Shown: one piece after another, positions 36,459-48,637 of the stretch
How positions within the stretch are numbered: the stretch's first letter is position 1
Layout of the letters: each line of letters starts with the position of its first letter
Source of the DNA: an uncultured cyanobacterium
GTDB taxonomy: Bacteria; Cyanobacteriota; Cyanobacteriia; Phormidesmidales; Phormidesmidaceae
Reading direction: 5' to 3'
DNA: 64,000 nt
Assembly (NCBI GenBank): GCA_963740915.1
Contig: CAVUFV010000012.1
Location: forward strand, 5,483-69,482
Translations under genes and position numbers: made by a program
Notes under the pieces: generated by a model
What the model was told of the DNA's origin: nothing
Databases searched by the model: none
Seen by the model: only the letters and a program-made list of their open reading frames with translations

Positions 36459-38881
36459 GTATCTAGCCACTGCACCATTTCCCAAAGAACATGACCAACC
36501 GCTTCACGAGAGCGATAGCTGTGTTCTTCGTGAGGCAAACTAACGTAGCGGACAGTGCCACCTAGCCCTTTAATCGCCTCATAAAGGCGTTCGGTTTGTA
36601 TTGGATAGGTGCCGGTATTATTGTCGGCTTCGCCATGAATCAGCAGGAGCGGGTGGTTAATTTTATCGGCGCTCGTAAAAGGAGACATGCGCTGGTAAGT
36701 ACTAGGTGCTTCCCAAAAGCTGCGCTGCTCGCCCTGAAAGCCAAAGGGCGTAAGGCTGCGGTTATACGCGCCACTGCGGGCAATCCCGGCACAAAAGAGA
36801 TCGCTGTGAGCGAGTAAATTAGCGGCTGTAAATGCGCCGTAAGAATGGCCGCCAATAGCAAGGCGATGAGGCTCACTCACACCTCGCGCTACCAAGTAGT
36901 CAACTGCCGCTGTTGCACTGGCAATGAGCTGTTCTAAATAGGTCTCATTAGGTTCTACATCGCCTTCTCCGATAATTGGCATCGTTGGGCCCACTAAGAG
37001 CGCATAGCCTTGAGTGAGCAAAAACAGTACCGATGCTCGGCTAGGCCGAGCAAAAGTGTTTTCTGCTAACGTGATTTGGCTAGCAGTTTCGCGGCTTTTG
37101 TACTCTTGAGGGTAAACCCATAGCAGCGTCGGCAGCGGGCCATCGCGATTGAGATCGTGACTTGGCGGCAAATAGAGTGTGCCTGAAAGCGCTAAACCGT
37201 CGGCTCTAAAGTAGCGCACAATCTCCTTGTGTGCACCTTGGTACCAAGGGAGCGGATCGGTAAAATGAGTTAGCGGATTGTCTTGAGCGATGACTGATTC
37301 GCTGGCTGAGCGGCTGTCATAGAGCCAATAATTACTGGGTTCACGTTGGCTCTGGCGGCGGATGATCAGCTCTTGAGCCAAAGGATCGAGCACTTTGTGG
37401 ACGCGAGAAAAGGTGTTGGGCGGCGATCGCCACAGCCGCACTTTCTCCTGGCTCGCTAAATTAAATCTATCTAAAAAAGGAAAAATCCCCTCGGCTGAAG
37501 CCCCTCGACCATTGAGATAAATATCGCCTTGATCGGACAGCAAGAGTGTCTGCCAGCCATACTGCCCCGGCACTGTAACCGGGTCTCCAGGATGGTTATA
37601 AGCATCTTGAAAATCGCGCTCTGCTATTTTTTTAGGAACTGTTGAGGGATAATCAGGGGCAATATGCCACGTACGCAACTGGCGTGTGTTGTACAGCGCT
37701 TCATAGGCTAGGGCTGTGGTGCCATTGCCCCACAGCAGACCGCTGTAGCGCAGCGTAGATTTCCACAAAAGCGTAGGCGCAGCAGCGAAGGGTGCGCAGA
37801 GCGTATAAACGCAGTCACGATACTCGCTTTCGCGATGGGCATTACCGCCATCTAACGATTCTACCCAATAAACGGTTGCAGGCTGATCGGCGCGCCAACC
37901 GCTGATGCGTCGTCCGTCTCTGACCGAATCGAAGTCAATCGGGATCTCTTCTGCTAAAGGCAAATCGGCCACCGTATAGGCCACGGGATAAACAGATTGA
38001 CCCGGTTTACTTTGAAGATTGAGAATATCGGTACGCTTGGGAAAGCGGCCTAGCGGCACTTCATAAGAGAAGGGTCGGTGCGTGGTGATGACTTTGAGCC
38101 ATTGGCCATCAGGAGAGGGCGAAAAGCTGATGATTAAATCAGGCGCTGTGATCAGCGTTTGTTCACCGGTCAGGCTAATGCGTACGATCTTTGAGGTGAG
38201 ATAGTGCTCTAGCAGCTTGGCGTCATGAGGGCTTTTAAGCAGATGAGTGTAGGTGCGAACGGGCGCGATTCGGCCTAAGTTCTCTTCAATCAATGGGCCC
38301 ACGGGCAAGCTAGGCGGGGCGGGCGGAGGGCCAATGTCTGTACGCAGCTTGCAGATAATGCTGTTGTCGGGAAGCCACTGAATAACAGTGCTATGGGTAG
38401 CATTGAGGACAGGTTCGCTAAGGGCGCGTACTTGAGCAGTTTCGAGATCAAGCACCCAAAGGCTGACGCCGCTTTTGTTGTTGTGACCATGGGTGCTATC
38501 AGCTGGCATTGCTTGAGCTGAGGCCATCTGAGTGTGCGTAAAGGCCAAATAGCGGCTGCACTTTGACCAGATCAGATTACGAATTCGAGGATGGGGCGGC
38601 AGCGTAATCGGTTGGGCAAGGTTCTCTTCGCGGCGACGGATAGAGAGGGTGCAGTAGTAGCCTGCTTTGGACTTTCCCCAGGTTTGAGGATTGATCTGAA
38701 GGCCCGCGATCGCCACTTTTGGCTGAGCAAGTTCTGCCAATGGCGGCAAATCCGCTCGGCCTAATTCAACAATCCACTCAGCATTTGGCGAAAAGGCCAC
38801 CGAGGGAAGACGCGGAGCCTTGAGCATAGCGGCAATTGGCTCAGGGGGTGTTTGCCAAGTATCCTGAGCGGGTAAAGTCAT
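36440..38881 (-). CDS. S9-family serine peptidase (glutamyl endopeptidase-like)
   Basis: GGHSYGA nucleophile, [26 protein letters not shown]. Confidence 0.92.
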   Translation of the reverse strand: MTLPAQDTWQTPPEPIAAMLKAPRLPSVAFSPNAEWIVELGRADLPPLAELAQPKVAIAGLQINPQTWGKSKAGYYCTLSIRRREENLAQPITLPPHPRIRNLIWSKCSRYLAFTHTQMASAQAMPADSTHGHNNKSGVSLWVLDLETAQVRALSEPVLNATHSTVIQWLPDNSIICKLRTDIGPPPAPPSLPVGPLIEENLGRIAPVRTYTHLLKSPHDAKLLEHYLTSKIVRISLTGEQTLITAPDLIISFSPSPDGQWLKVITTHRPFSYEVPLGRFPKRTDILNLQSKPGQSVYPVAYTVADLPLAEEIPIDFDSVRDGRRISGWRADQPATVYWVESLDGGNAHRESEYRDCVYTLCAPFAAAPTLLWKSTLRYSGLLWGNGTTALAYEALYNTRQLRTWHIAPDYPSTVPKKIAERDFQDAYNHPGDPVTVPGQYGWQTLLLSDQGDIYLNGRGASAEGIFPFLDRFNLASQEKVRLWRSPPNTFSRVHKVLDPLAQELIIRRQSQREPSNYWLYDSRSASESVIAQDNPLTHFTDPLPWYQGAHKEIVRYFRADGLALSGTLYLPPSHDLNRDGPLPTLLWVYPQEYKSRETASQITLAENTFARPSRASVLFLLTQGYALLVGPTMPIIGEGDVEPNETYLEQLIASATAAVDYLVARGVSEPHRLAIGGHSYGAFTAANLLAHSDLFCAGIARSGAYNRSLTPFGFQGEQRSFWEAPSTYQRMSPFTSADKINHPLLLIHGEADNNTGTYPIQTERLYEAIKGLGGTVRYVSLPHEEHSYRSREAVGHVLWEMVQWLDTYLKRG

Positions 38882-39028
38882 AAAGCCAAATTTGTCGAAT
38901 AAATCGAACCAAAAGAGAAAGGTTCTGAGGGACTAGGCACATGAACTGATTTCCATGAGAGTGAGATGATCTAACCATGCTCACAGACAGGCTCAATACA
39001 TGCCAAAGCCCACCAGAACCTTACCAGA

Positions 39029-42016
39029 TTAATCGGCGAACTCATCCATAGACGGACAGGTGCAGATGAGATTGCGATCGCCATAGGCCTGATCAATGCG
39101 ATTGACTGATGGCCAAAACTTGCGATCGCGCGTCCACTGACTCGGAAACACCGCCACTTCTCTCGAATAAGCCCGATCCCAATCAGCCACCAAATCCGCC
39201 GTCGTATGCGGCGCATAGTGCAAAGGACTCTGATCAGCGGTCAGTTCACCCGATTCAATCTGTTGAATTTCCCCGCGAATGGCAATCATTGCCTCACAAA
39301 AGCGATCTAGCTCTTTGAGTCCTTCACTTTCGGTTGGCTCTACCATAATCGTGCCCGCCACCGGCCAAGACATTGTAGGCGGATGAAAGCCATAGTCAAT
39401 CAACCGCTTGGCAATATCATCGACATTGATATTGGCGGTTTTTTTGAACTCTCGCAAGTCAATAATGCACTCATGTGCCACCAAACCGCTAGCGCCTTTG
39501 TACAAGATATCGTAATGACCTTCTAGCCGTTTAGCGATATAGTTAGCGCTTAAAATCGCGATTTCACTCGCCTGCTTCAGCCCCTTGGGCCCCATCATTT
39601 GAATATACATCCAAGAAATTGGCAAAATGCTGGCACTGCCCCACGGCGCCGAAGCCACAGCTCCAATCGCTTGGCTATCGCCCCTAGACATCAGAGCATG
39701 ACCGGGCAAAAAGGGTACCAAATGCGCCGCTACGCCAATTGGGCCAACGCCCGGCCCGCCGCCGCCGTGCGGAATGCAAAAAGTCTTGTGCAAATTCAAA
39801 TGACACACATCTGCGCCAATATCACCGGGGCTACACAGCCCGACTTGGGCGTTCATATTCGCCCCGTCCATATACACCTGGCCGCCATGCGTATGCACAA
39901 TCTCACAAACAGATTTAATGCTCTCTTCAAACACGCCGTGAGTAGAGGGGTAGGTGACCATCAGCGCCGCCAAATTTTGCTGATGCTTTTCGGCCTTAGC
40001 AGTCAGATCTGCTACATCAATGTTGCCATTATCATCACATTTCACCGCGACAACTTTCATCCCGGCCATCACGGCACTCGCCGGGTTAGTGCCGTGAGCC
40101 GACTGCGGAATCAGACAAATATCGCGATGGGTGTCGCCCCGCGAGGCGTGATACTGCCGGATCACCAGCAGTCCGGTGTACTCTCCCTGTGAACCGGCGT
40201 TGGGCTGGAGAGAAATGCCTGCAAAGCCCGTAATTTCAGAGAGCCATTCTTCTAACTGGCTAAATAAAATTTGGTAGCCTTGGGTTTGCGACAGCGGCGC
40301 AAATGGATGAATTTGACCAAATTCTGGCCAAGTGACTGGCACCATTTCGGCGGTGGCATTCAGCTTCATGGTGCATGAGCCCAATGGAATCATCGCATCA
40401 GCGAGAGAGAGATCTTTCTTTTGCAGACTGTACAAATAGCGCAATAGCTCTGTTTCACTGTGATACTGATTGAAAACCGGATGGGTCAAGTAGCTAGAGG
40501 TGCGTCTAACCGCTGTCGGTAAAGGCTGAGGCTGCAAAGACTCTAGATCCGGAACAGTTTTATCACCTGCAAAAACGCTCAGTAGTTCCGCCACTTGCTC
40601 ATAGCCTGTGGTTTCATCTAGAGAAATGCCCAAGGTTCTGGGCTGGCCAGCTTGCTCAGCGTCGAGGCGTAAATTGATTTGTTGTTCAGTCGCACGGGCC
40701 AGAATGTCAGCGGTCTTGTTGCCTGTTTCTACTGTCAGGGTATCAAACACAGGCTGATCGCCTAGCCGGTATCCGAGCTGCTGTAGGCCATCTGCTAGGG
40801 CATTGGTGAGCTTTTGGATGCGAGTAGCGATCGCTCTCAACCCCTTGGGCCCATGATAAACCGCATAAGCGCTCGCCATAATCGCTAGCAACACCTGGGC
40901 GGTACAGATGTTGCTCGTCGCCGAATCACGGCGAATGTGCTGTTCGCGGGTCTGAAGCGCTAAGCGCAAAGCAGGCGCACCTTGCGTATCTTTTGACAGG
41001 CCAATTAAGCGACCGGGCAACTTGCGGGCATAGGCCGATTTGGTCGCAAAGTAAGCCGCATGAGGGCCACCGTAGCCCAGCGGTACGCCAAATCGCTGCG
41101 TGTTGCCAACCGCGATATCTGCGCCAAATTCACCGGGCGCTTTGAGTAGCGTCAGGCTCAATAAGTCAGCGGCAACGGTGACAACTGTGCCAGTTTTGTG
41201 TGCCTGCTGAATGAATGCTGTGTAGTCAAAAATCGCGCCGTCGGTCGCCGGATACTGGAGCAATGCGCCAAAGTAAGGCTCGCCAGTGGTAAAACTATCG
41301 GTGCGGTGATCGCCGACAACGACTTCAATGCCAAGAGGGTGCGATCGCGTCTTAATCACCTCAATCGTCTGCGGATGGCAGGCGGCTGACACCCAAAATC
41401 GCTTAGCCGCTTTAGCCGCCTTGTTTGTACAGACGCCATAGCTCATGCTCATGGCTTCAGCCGCCGCCGTGCCTTCATCGAGCAAAGACGAATTGGCAAT
41501 TTCTAACCCCGTTAGATCCGTCACCATCGTTTGGTAGTTCAGCAGCGCCTCTAATCGACCCTGCGAAATTTCCGGCTGATAGGGCGTGTATTGGGTGTAC
41601 CAGCCAGGATTTTCTAAAATATTGCGCTGAATCACAGGCGGGGTAACGCAGTTGGCATAGCCCAAGCCGATATAGCTGCGATACACCTGATTTTGAGCAG
41701 CGATATCGGCAATTTTTTGCAGCGCTGCGGTTTCACTGAGCGCCGTAGGCAAAGCCAACCCCCCTTTTAGCCGAATGCCCGCAGGTACTGCCGATGCTAT
41801 CAGCGCCTCTAAACTTTCAAACCCTAAAACGCTCAGCATTTGCGCGACGTCGGGCTCAGTCGGGCCCAAATGGCGTGAAGCAAAGCGCTCAGAAGTATCA
41901 GCCCAATCCGGACGGCTTTTTGGTGAGCTAGTCGGCGGTTTCAGGGCAGTCTCAGTGCCGTTGTGAGTCACGGTGCGATTGCCTACGGCGCTGTTGCCTA
42001 CGGTCTGAGCATTCAT
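39029..42016 (-). CDS. gcvP: Glycine dehydrogenase (decarboxylating), P protein
   Basis: [49 protein letters not shown]. Confidence 0.98.
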   Translation of the reverse strand: MNAQTVGNSAVGNRTVTHNGTETALKPPTSSPKSRPDWADTSERFASRHLGPTEPDVAQMLSVLGFESLEALIASAVPAGIRLKGGLALPTALSETAALQKIADIAAQNQVYRSYIGLGYANCVTPPVIQRNILENPGWYTQYTPYQPEISQGRLEALLNYQTMVTDLTGLEIANSSLLDEGTAAAEAMSMSYGVCTNKAAKAAKRFWVSAACHPQTIEVIKTRSHPLGIEVVVGDHRTDSFTTGEPYFGALLQYPATDGAIFDYTAFIQQAHKTGTVVTVAADLLSLTLLKAPGEFGADIAVGNTQRFGVPLGYGGPHAAYFATKSAYARKLPGRLIGLSKDTQGAPALRLALQTREQHIRRDSATSNICTAQVLLAIMASAYAVYHGPKGLRAIATRIQKLTNALADGLQQLGYRLGDQPVFDTLTVETGNKTADILARATEQQINLRLDAEQAGQPRTLGISLDETTGYEQVAELLSVFAGDKTVPDLESLQPQPLPTAVRRTSSYLTHPVFNQYHSETELLRYLYSLQKKDLSLADAMIPLGSCTMKLNATAEMVPVTWPEFGQIHPFAPLSQTQGYQILFSQLEEWLSEITGFAGISLQPNAGSQGEYTGLLVIRQYHASRGDTHRDICLIPQSAHGTNPASAVMAGMKVVAVKCDDNGNIDVADLTAKAEKHQQNLAALMVTYPSTHGVFEESIKSVCEIVHTHGGQVYMDGANMNAQVGLCSPGDIGADVCHLNLHKTFCIPHGGGGPGVGPIGVAAHLVPFLPGHALMSRGDSQAIGAVASAPWGSASILPISWMYIQMMGPKGLKQASEIAILSANYIAKRLEGHYDILYKGASGLVAHECIIDLREFKKTANINVDDIAKRLIDYGFHPPTMSWPVAGTIMVEPTESEGLKELDRFCEAMIAIRGEIQQIESGELTADQSPLHYAPHTTADLVADWDRAYSREVAVFPSQWTRDRKFWPSVNRIDQAYGDRNLICTCPSMDEFAD

Positions 42017-42212
42017 AGATTTAGCGGTTATTGTTTCTTCACAATTATTGTGTAACAAAAAGTGGCTCACCGCCGATTGTCGCCGTGAACACTTTTGCAG
42101 AACGGTTATTAAAAATACTCATGCCGCCGGGGACTATTGCCGATCTGTCGATCAATACTGCCAAATCCATACCGCAAATCAATGCGGCTAATGATCCTAG
42201 CAGCAAAAGCCT

Positions 42213-42608
42213 TTAGCTACCTTCTACCTGTTCTTCGTACTCTGCCGCAGACATGGCATCATCGAGGTCCGAGAGATCTTCTGCTCTTACCTTAATCAGC
42301 CAAGCCTCACCATAGGGGTCATTAGCGATATCTTCGGGTGATTCAAGCAGGGCATCGTTGCGCTCCAGCACAGAACCACTCACTGGCGACTTGAGATCTT
42401 CTACGGCTTTGACCGACTCAATCGTGCCAAAGTTTTCGCCCTTTTCCACAGAGTCTCCGGTTTCAGGCAGCTCCAAAAACACCACATCGCCCATTTGATC
42501 GACGGCGAATGAGGTGATGCCAATCGTCACAATTTTTTCTTCTTCATCTACACGGGCGTATTCGTGGCTGTCTAGGTATTGTAAGTCTTCGGGATAGTCA
42601 AATGGCAT
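42213..42608 (-). CDS. gcvH: Glycine cleavage system H protein
   Basis: SHEY, IESVKAV lipoyl-lysine motif, DPYGEAW. Confidence 0.97.
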   Translation of the reverse strand: MPFDYPEDLQYLDSHEYARVDEEEKIVTIGITSFAVDQMGDVVFLELPETGDSVEKGENFGTIESVKAVEDLKSPVSGSVLERNDALLESPEDIANDPYGEAWLIKVRAEDLSDLDDAMSAAEYEEQVEGS

Positions 42609-42768
42609 GGTGGGTTCTCAAAATAACCGGTAATAAGACGAGTCGTAAAGCGGATAGTAGAATAGTCGGCACCATCAGCGGCAGAAATCAACCGCCAAAA
42701 ATCAACAGATAAAAATCGGTAGATTAAGAGCTCAGCAGATAAAAATCAATTCACAGTGTCCTATTAAT

Positions 42769-43878
42769 TCATACTTTATAGAATGGACGTTTTACAACGG
42801 TCGCCGGGAAAGTTTTATGGCGAATAGCGATCTCTAGGGTTTGACCGACTTTGGCCAAATCTGCTGGTACATAGCCCAAAGCCACCGGATAGCCTAGCGT
42901 GGGCGAAAGCGTGCCGCTGGTAATGATACCCACGGTTTTGCCTTGGTGTAGCACTAGGTAGTCGTGACGGGCAATGTTGCGGCCCGCTAACGTCAGCCCG
43001 ACTAACCGGCGCTGTACACCGTCTGCTTTTTGCTGCTCAAGGGCGCTGCGACCGATGAAATCTGCGGTTTTATCGAGATGCACCAGCCAGCTCAGGCCAG
43101 CTTCTAGCGGGGTAGTCGTGTCGTCAATATCCTGGCCATAGAGCGCCATTGCGGCTTCTAGCCGCAGGGTGTCGCGGGCTCCGAGTCCGCAAGGGGTCGC
43201 AAATTCCATGCAGGCTTGCCAAATTTTTTCGGCGGCGGCGGTTGGCACCATAATTTCAAAACCGTCTTCTCCGGTGTAGCCGGTTCTGGCAAAAAAGGCT
43301 GGATGGCCCAGCAGCTTACCGGTGAGGTGGTTGTAGCGAGGGAGATTGATCAGATCGTAATCAGGGCACAGGCGCTGTAGATTTTCAACGGCAGCTGGCC
43401 CTTGCAGCGCAATCAAAGCCTGCTCTTGAGAAATGTCTGCTAAAGCGATTGTCTCTGGCAAGTGCTTCTGTAGCCAAGCTTTATCTTTACCGGTAGTACC
43501 CGCATTGACAATTAAGGTAATTTGCTGCTGATTTTTAGCTGAATTTTGGGTAAAGCCTTGGCCCTGATGGTAAACAATTAGATCGTCAACTATGCCGCCT
43601 TCGGGGTTAAGCAAAACGGTGTACTGGGCTTTGCCAATACTCAGCCGAGATAGATCGGAGGGGACGAGTTGCTGCAAGGCCGCAATTACGTCAGGCCCAG
43701 TGAGCACAAATTTGCCCATGTGAGAAATATCAAACGCGCCCACGCTGCTGCGAACGGCCTCATGTTCTTGCCGAATGCCGGTGAACTGTACGGGCATTTC
43801 CCAGCCTGAGAACCCGGTCATTTTGGCTTTTTGCTGGCGGCAGAGCGCGTTTAAGGGGGTGCGAAGCAGGGTAGCCAT
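42769..43878 (-). CDS. gcvT: Glycine cleavage system aminomethyltransferase T
   Basis: FSGWEMPVQF, FDISHMG, RTGYTGEDGFE, GARDTLRLEA. Confidence 0.97.
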   Translation of the reverse strand: MATLLRTPLNALCRQQKAKMTGFSGWEMPVQFTGIRQEHEAVRSSVGAFDISHMGKFVLTGPDVIAALQQLVPSDLSRLSIGKAQYTVLLNPEGGIVDDLIVYHQGQGFTQNSAKNQQQITLIVNAGTTGKDKAWLQKHLPETIALADISQEQALIALQGPAAVENLQRLCPDYDLINLPRYNHLTGKLLGHPAFFARTGYTGEDGFEIMVPTAAAEKIWQACMEFATPCGLGARDTLRLEAAMALYGQDIDDTTTPLEAGLSWLVHLDKTADFIGRSALEQQKADGVQRRLVGLTLAGRNIARHDYLVLHQGKTVGIITSGTLSPTLGYPVALGYVPADLAKVGQTLEIAIRHKTFPATVVKRPFYKV

Positions 43879-44098
43879 AGGAGGAGAAAGGGGCCAAAAG
43901 GGTATGTTTGATTGAGATGCTGATGGTTGGCGCTGAAGCGCTAGCAGACCGGGGGGTAACTTAGACAGTCTATATGGAGAAGTGTCTGGATGAAACTTGT
44001 CTATTTTTTATCTATATCAGTGTCCCGTCAGTGGCTAGCAGTGGCTAGCTGCTGTTAGCGATAGAAAAAGAGCATGAGCTGTATTGGACGGTGAATTG

Positions 44099-44881
44099 AT
44101 GCGCGATGAGACGCGGTTGAAGCAGAAGATGACAGGTAGCTGGCTGAGCACTTTTCAAACGGTAATGGGTTCGCGATCGCACAAGCCTAGCTTTGTGGTA
44201 TTTGATATTGGCCAAAGTGGCGGCATGATCTTAGCTGACTGGTTTCAAGCGCATGAAAAAATTACCTTTCAAGCGGATATTTTGAGCCAAGCGGTCAGTT
44301 TTCCTCGGCTGAGTGTATATCAGCGGGTGCGCCAAGCTAGCACTGAGGTCTATGGCTTTACAATGACAGTCGAGCAATTGCGGCAAGTGCAGCAATTGGC
44401 CGATCCAAATCAGTTTTTGCAAGATTTGCATCGGGGCGGCTGTCGGGTGATTTATTTAAAGCGGCGAGATCCGCTGAGGCACACGATCGCTACCCTCAAA
44501 AACCAAAGTACCGCGTGCCGGTTTGATTTGCCGGGCGCTCTGCGGGCTGGAAAATTCACCGTAGATGCAAGTGAGCTGATAGCCTGTCTTAAATATTTAG
44601 ACAACCAGCGAGTAGAAGCCGATGCCATAGTGCATGAAATCCCTCACTTAGTGCTGACGTATGAAGACGATCTGATGGATCCGAATAGCCATGAAGCAAC
44701 CGCCCATCAGCTATCAGCTTTTTTAATGATTCCAAACATTGTGCCGGTGGGTAATGCCGTGAAGCTGGTGCATCAAAAACTAGCCGATCTGGTGGCTAAT
44801 TATGATGAACTTAGCGACGCGCTAGCAACGTCGGACTATGCCTATTTGCTGACTAAAAACCGCTACCTGATGACGACATAA
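44099..44881 (+). CDS. Sulfotransferase-like (Stf0-type) protein with a degenerate PAPS-binding loop
   Basis: VIYLKRRDPLRH, LTYEDDL, L.D.VANYDEL; 5'-PSB position reads QSGGMIL. Confidence 0.6.
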   Translation: MRDETRLKQKMTGSWLSTFQTVMGSRSHKPSFVVFDIGQSGGMILADWFQAHEKITFQADILSQAVSFPRLSVYQRVRQASTEVYGFTMTVEQLRQVQQLADPNQFLQDLHRGGCRVIYLKRRDPLRHTIATLKNQSTACRFDLPGALRAGKFTVDASELIACLKYLDNQRVEADAIVHEIPHLVLTYEDDLMDPNSHEATAHQLSAFLMIPNIVPVGNAVKLVHQKLADLVANYDELSDALATSDYAYLLTKNRYLMTT

Positions 44882-45033
44882 AGTCTTTTGGGGTTCTTTT
44901 TGAGCGATTTTTTTTAACGCGCTTTGGCGAAGGTGTTTTAGCGCTGCGCCTTTGCTTAGCTACCATTGAATCAGTAAATGGCTAATTCAGTCAGCGGCTG
45001 AACGAGCTAAAGGGTGAGCGAGCAGATCGAAAC

Positions 45034-45726
45034 ATGCATGTTTTGTTTGTAGAAGATGAGCCTAAAATTGCCAGCTTTGTGCAGATTGGGTTAAAGGAGC
45101 AAGGCTTTGTGGTGGACTATTGTGATCATGGCGATCGCGCTTACGAAAAAGCCACCGAAAACGAATACGACGTGATTTTGCTCGACATTATGATGCCGGG
45201 TAAAGACGGCTTATTTATTCTCAAGCACCTGCGGCAGTCAGGGCGCAATACGCCCGTGATTTTGCTGACCGCACGCAATGAGCTAGACGATCGATTGCAG
45301 GGCTTGAACCTAGGCGCTGATGACTACATTGCCAAGCCTTTTTTTGTTGAAGAGCTGGTGGCGAGAATACAGGCAGTAGTGCGCCGCAGCTTAGGAGAGC
45401 GGCAAAATTTGGTGACGATTGGCCCATTTAGGCTAGATCGGCTGACGCGAACGGTGATTTGCCAGCGGCAGGGCGAGACGCAAACGGTAGAGCTAACGAC
45501 CAGGGAGTTTAATTTGCTGGAATATTTGATGCGATCGCCCGGTCGAGTTTTCACCCGCACTCAAATGCTAGAGCACGTTTGGGGCTATGACTTTAACCCC
45601 AGCACCAATGTGGTAGATGTGTGCATTCAGCGCCTGCGCAAAAAAATTGACAGCGAAAGCCAAGAGCGCTGGATTGAAAGCGTGCGCGGCGTTGGCTACC
45701 GATTTAGGCAGGCAGAAACGCTATAA
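45034..45726 (+). CDS. OmpR-family response regulator (CusR-like)
   Basis: VEDE, LDIMMP, GADDYIAKPF, winged-helix NVVDVCIQRLRKK...VRGVGY. Confidence 0.95.
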   Translation: MHVLFVEDEPKIASFVQIGLKEQGFVVDYCDHGDRAYEKATENEYDVILLDIMMPGKDGLFILKHLRQSGRNTPVILLTARNELDDRLQGLNLGADDYIAKPFFVEELVARIQAVVRRSLGERQNLVTIGPFRLDRLTRTVICQRQGETQTVELTTREFNLLEYLMRSPGRVFTRTQMLEHVWGYDFNPSTNVVDVCIQRLRKKIDSESQERWIESVRGVGYRFRQAETL

Positions 45727-45935
45727 ACCCGGCTTTTTCGACTGAAGCCAATATAACCGAGGCGCTACGGCTCCTGATGCAAATAGCTCACCGAAATCAA
45801 AGCAGCGAGCGAGCAAATAGATATCTATCGGTGGAAGAAAAATTGCTTCGCAGTTTGTCATACTGAATTGTTGTCAGTCTTTGAATTACCTTTAGACTGA
45901 TCTTGAGATTGTGGACGTTTCAAAGTTAGGGCGCG

Positions 45936-46556
45936 ATGAGCGAAGGTTTGTTGGATTGGATTACCCAAGTAGTGACTTCGTTTGGCTACTGGGGCATCGC
46001 GTTTATGATGTTTTTAGAAAATCTAATTCCCCCGATTCCATCTGAACTGGTGATGCCGCTGGCAGGGTTTGTCGCGTCTCAAGGCAAGCTGGATGTGTGG
46101 ATTGCGATCGCGGCGGGGGCGCTCGGATCAGTGCTGGGCGCATTGCTGTGGTACTACATTGGGCTGACTTTAGGCCTAGAGCGGCTTCAGTCTTTGCTTA
46201 ATCGCTATGGCCGGTGGGTGGGGCTTGCCGCTAAAGATTTGGACAATGCCCAGCGCTGGTTTGTTAAGCGAGGCCCTTGGACGGTGGGCCTTTGCCGAAT
46301 GATTCCGGGCATCCGCACCTATGTGTCTATTCCAGCGGGCATTACTCAGATGCCGTTAGGCTCTTTTTTGCTGTACTCCACGGTGGGGACTGCTTTGTGG
46401 ACGGCGTTTTTGACGCTGAGCGGCTATTTTTTGGGCAGCGAATATGAGCGCCTTGGCCGCTGGATTGCACCAGTAGCGACGGCAGTGATCGCCATCGTCG
46501 TGATCAGCGGCCTCGTTTGGGTAGCTCGGCGAATTGCTCAGCAAAATCGAATTTAG
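45936..46556 (+). CDS. DedA-family membrane protein
   Basis: MFLENLIPPIPSELVMPLAG, RMIPGIRT. Confidence 0.93.
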   Translation: MSEGLLDWITQVVTSFGYWGIAFMMFLENLIPPIPSELVMPLAGFVASQGKLDVWIAIAAGALGSVLGALLWYYIGLTLGLERLQSLLNRYGRWVGLAAKDLDNAQRWFVKRGPWTVGLCRMIPGIRTYVSIPAGITQMPLGSFLLYSTVGTALWTAFLTLSGYFLGSEYERLGRWIAPVATAVIAIVVISGLVWVARRIAQQNRI

Positions 46557-46737
46557 CGCGCCATTACAGCTTCACATTATAGCTTCAAGGGATGACAAAC
46601 TCTGATCTAGGCGAGTAGAGGCGTTAAGTTAATTCTGGCCGCTACAGCTCAGTTCCTAGAAAACGCTAAGCCGGTCAGCATGGTCAGCATAATTGCATTG
46701 ATAATAGATCACTGATCGCTTACCGGAGAGAATTTGA

Positions 46738-48183
46738 GTGAGGCTGGGGTCTTTTCGCTTACGGATCGCGCTGCTGCTGGTGGCCTTATCGGGTGGGGCG
46801 CTCGTGAGCTTTGGGCTAGTAGCTTGGCGGCTGATCTATGTCGCGAAGGTGAGGGTTTTGGACGCTAAGCTCGAAAGTCAGTTGAAGCGAATGGTCGTAG
46901 CGCGTGATTCCACTTGGTGGCAGAACTTTGGCGAAGAATTACCGGCTGAGCTAGAAACTCGACTCGATACACCGATTACGTTTTTGGTCGTCGATTCGCA
47001 GGGCCGCACCCTACACTATTCGGTCAGCGGGGCTCGGCTCGGCGAGGTCACGATGGAAATGGGACTGTTGCTTTCTAGGGCGTCTGAAAATGGGACGGCG
47101 AAAGGGGTAGAAGCGACGGCGGCGGTGAGTACAGCGCCAGATCAATGGGCTCCTCAGCTTTCTACGCGCAATACGCCAACCGGGAGCTGGCGGATAGGGA
47201 TGGTCAGTTCTGAGGCGGGGAAAGGAGCGATCGCTATCAGCCTACAAACTATCGATCAAGACATGGCTGTGATTCGCAACATCTTTTTAGTAGCGATTCC
47301 GAGTACGCTGCTGCTGATTGCGGTAGGCGCTTGGGTGCTTTCCGGCAGTGCGCTGCTGCCGGTGCGTAAGCTTACGAGCGTGATTACGCAAGTGACTGCA
47401 ACCGGGCTCGATCAGCAAGTGCCCATCAGTAGCGCTGATGTGGAATTTGTTGAGCTAATTGAAGTATTCAATCAAATGCTGACTAGGCTAGAGCGCAGCT
47501 TTAAGCAGTCGTCTCGCTTTAGTGGCGATGCGGCCCATGAGTTAAAAACGCCGCTGGCCATCTTGCGAGGCGAGTTAGAGCTAGCGATGCAGCAGGCTGA
47601 GCCCGGTTCGCCGTTGCAGCAGAGCTTGAGTAATTTGATGGATGAGGTATCGCGGCTGAGTACGATTGTGCGGAAACTGCTGCTGCTGTCGTTAGCGGAT
47701 GCGGGGCAAATGCATTTGCGCCGCGCCAAGGTGGATTTGGGCGAAATTTTGATGGTATTACGAGAAGATATTGAGCTGTTAGCGCCGGATTTGCCGGTGA
47801 CGGTAAAGCTGCAAGCAGATTTATGGGTAAGGGGCGATCGCGACTTACTCACCCAAGTGCTGCAAAACCTGATAGACAATGCAATTAAATACAACTTACC
47901 GGCGGGGGCGGTGGGGCGATCGCTCTCGATTGCGGGGCAGCAGCGAGGCCGGTATGTGCGCGTGACAGTGACAAATGCCTCTAGAGATATTCCCATAGAA
48001 GAGCGCGATCGCATTTTTGATCGGTTTTATCGAGGCGATCGCTCTCGTAACCGCAAGCGAGAAGGCTTCGGATTGGGCCTGAGTCTATCGAGAGAAATTG
48101 CCCGTGCCCACAAAGGGGAACTTAAGCTTGACTGCACCGCTCCGGGTCAAACCGCCTTTACGCTGACCTTACCCTGTGATTGA
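46738..48183 (+). CDS. HAMP-domain sensor histidine kinase (CusS-like)
   Basis: Two TMs, HAMP, DAAHELKTPL, NLIDNAIKY, FDRFYR, GFGLGL. Confidence 0.94.
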   Translation: MRLGSFRLRIALLLVALSGGALVSFGLVAWRLIYVAKVRVLDAKLESQLKRMVVARDSTWWQNFGEELPAELETRLDTPITFLVVDSQGRTLHYSVSGARLGEVTMEMGLLLSRASENGTAKGVEATAAVSTAPDQWAPQLSTRNTPTGSWRIGMVSSEAGKGAIAISLQTIDQDMAVIRNIFLVAIPSTLLLIAVGAWVLSGSALLPVRKLTSVITQVTATGLDQQVPISSADVEFVELIEVFNQMLTRLERSFKQSSRFSGDAAHELKTPLAILRGELELAMQQAEPGSPLQQSLSNLMDEVSRLSTIVRKLLLLSLADAGQMHLRRAKVDLGEILMVLREDIELLAPDLPVTVKLQADLWVRGDRDLLTQVLQNLIDNAIKYNLPAGAVGRSLSIAGQQRGRYVRVTVTNASRDIPIEERDRIFDRFYRGDRSRNRKREGFGLGLSLSREIARAHKGELKLDCTAPGQTAFTLTLPCD

Positions 48184-48224
48184 GCGGCGCTGCTTAAGCC
48201 GCCGATAGAAGATTTAAAACCAGA

Positions 48225-48497
48225 TCACAGCAGTCCGGCGGTGCCTCGCCCTAGCCAGTAGAGTGCAAATACAATTGTAGTTTCGACTCCGTAAGTCGCC
48301 AGAAGAGACTGAAAGAGTTTGCGATCGCGCTGCCCAAACAGCTCTTGCCAAATCGGCCACTTGTTATCAACGTAAGCCGCTGTAAACAACACTCCAAACA
48401 ACAACACTAGCCACTGCGTCACTTGGGCAAAGCCCACTGCAATCACCGCAATTACCAGGGCTACGCCAATCAAGGGCTTAAATTTTTTCATGGGCAC
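48225..48497 (-). CDS. Small hypothetical membrane protein
   Basis: 90 aa with three hydrophobic segments. Confidence 0.65.
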   Translation of the reverse strand: MPMKKFKPLIGVALVIAVIAVGFAQVTQWLVLLFGVLFTAAYVDNKWPIWQELFGQRDRKLFQSLLATYGVETTIVFALYWLGRGTAGLL

Positions 48498-48637
48498 TCT
48501 CTAAACACGTTCAGGTACAGACAAAAATAACGCACCACAAGCACTCGCCCATAGCACGCTATTAAAGTCTAATCAATTGGGCCTACCAGAAAGGGCAACC
48601 AGTAGGGAGCAAATATTTATCTGCTCAAATCCTAGAT

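Noticed and set aside
43879-44098. Glycine riboswitch upstream of gcvT
   Set aside because: Could not find the conserved aptamer elements on the minus strand; an Infernal/Rfam scan would settle it.
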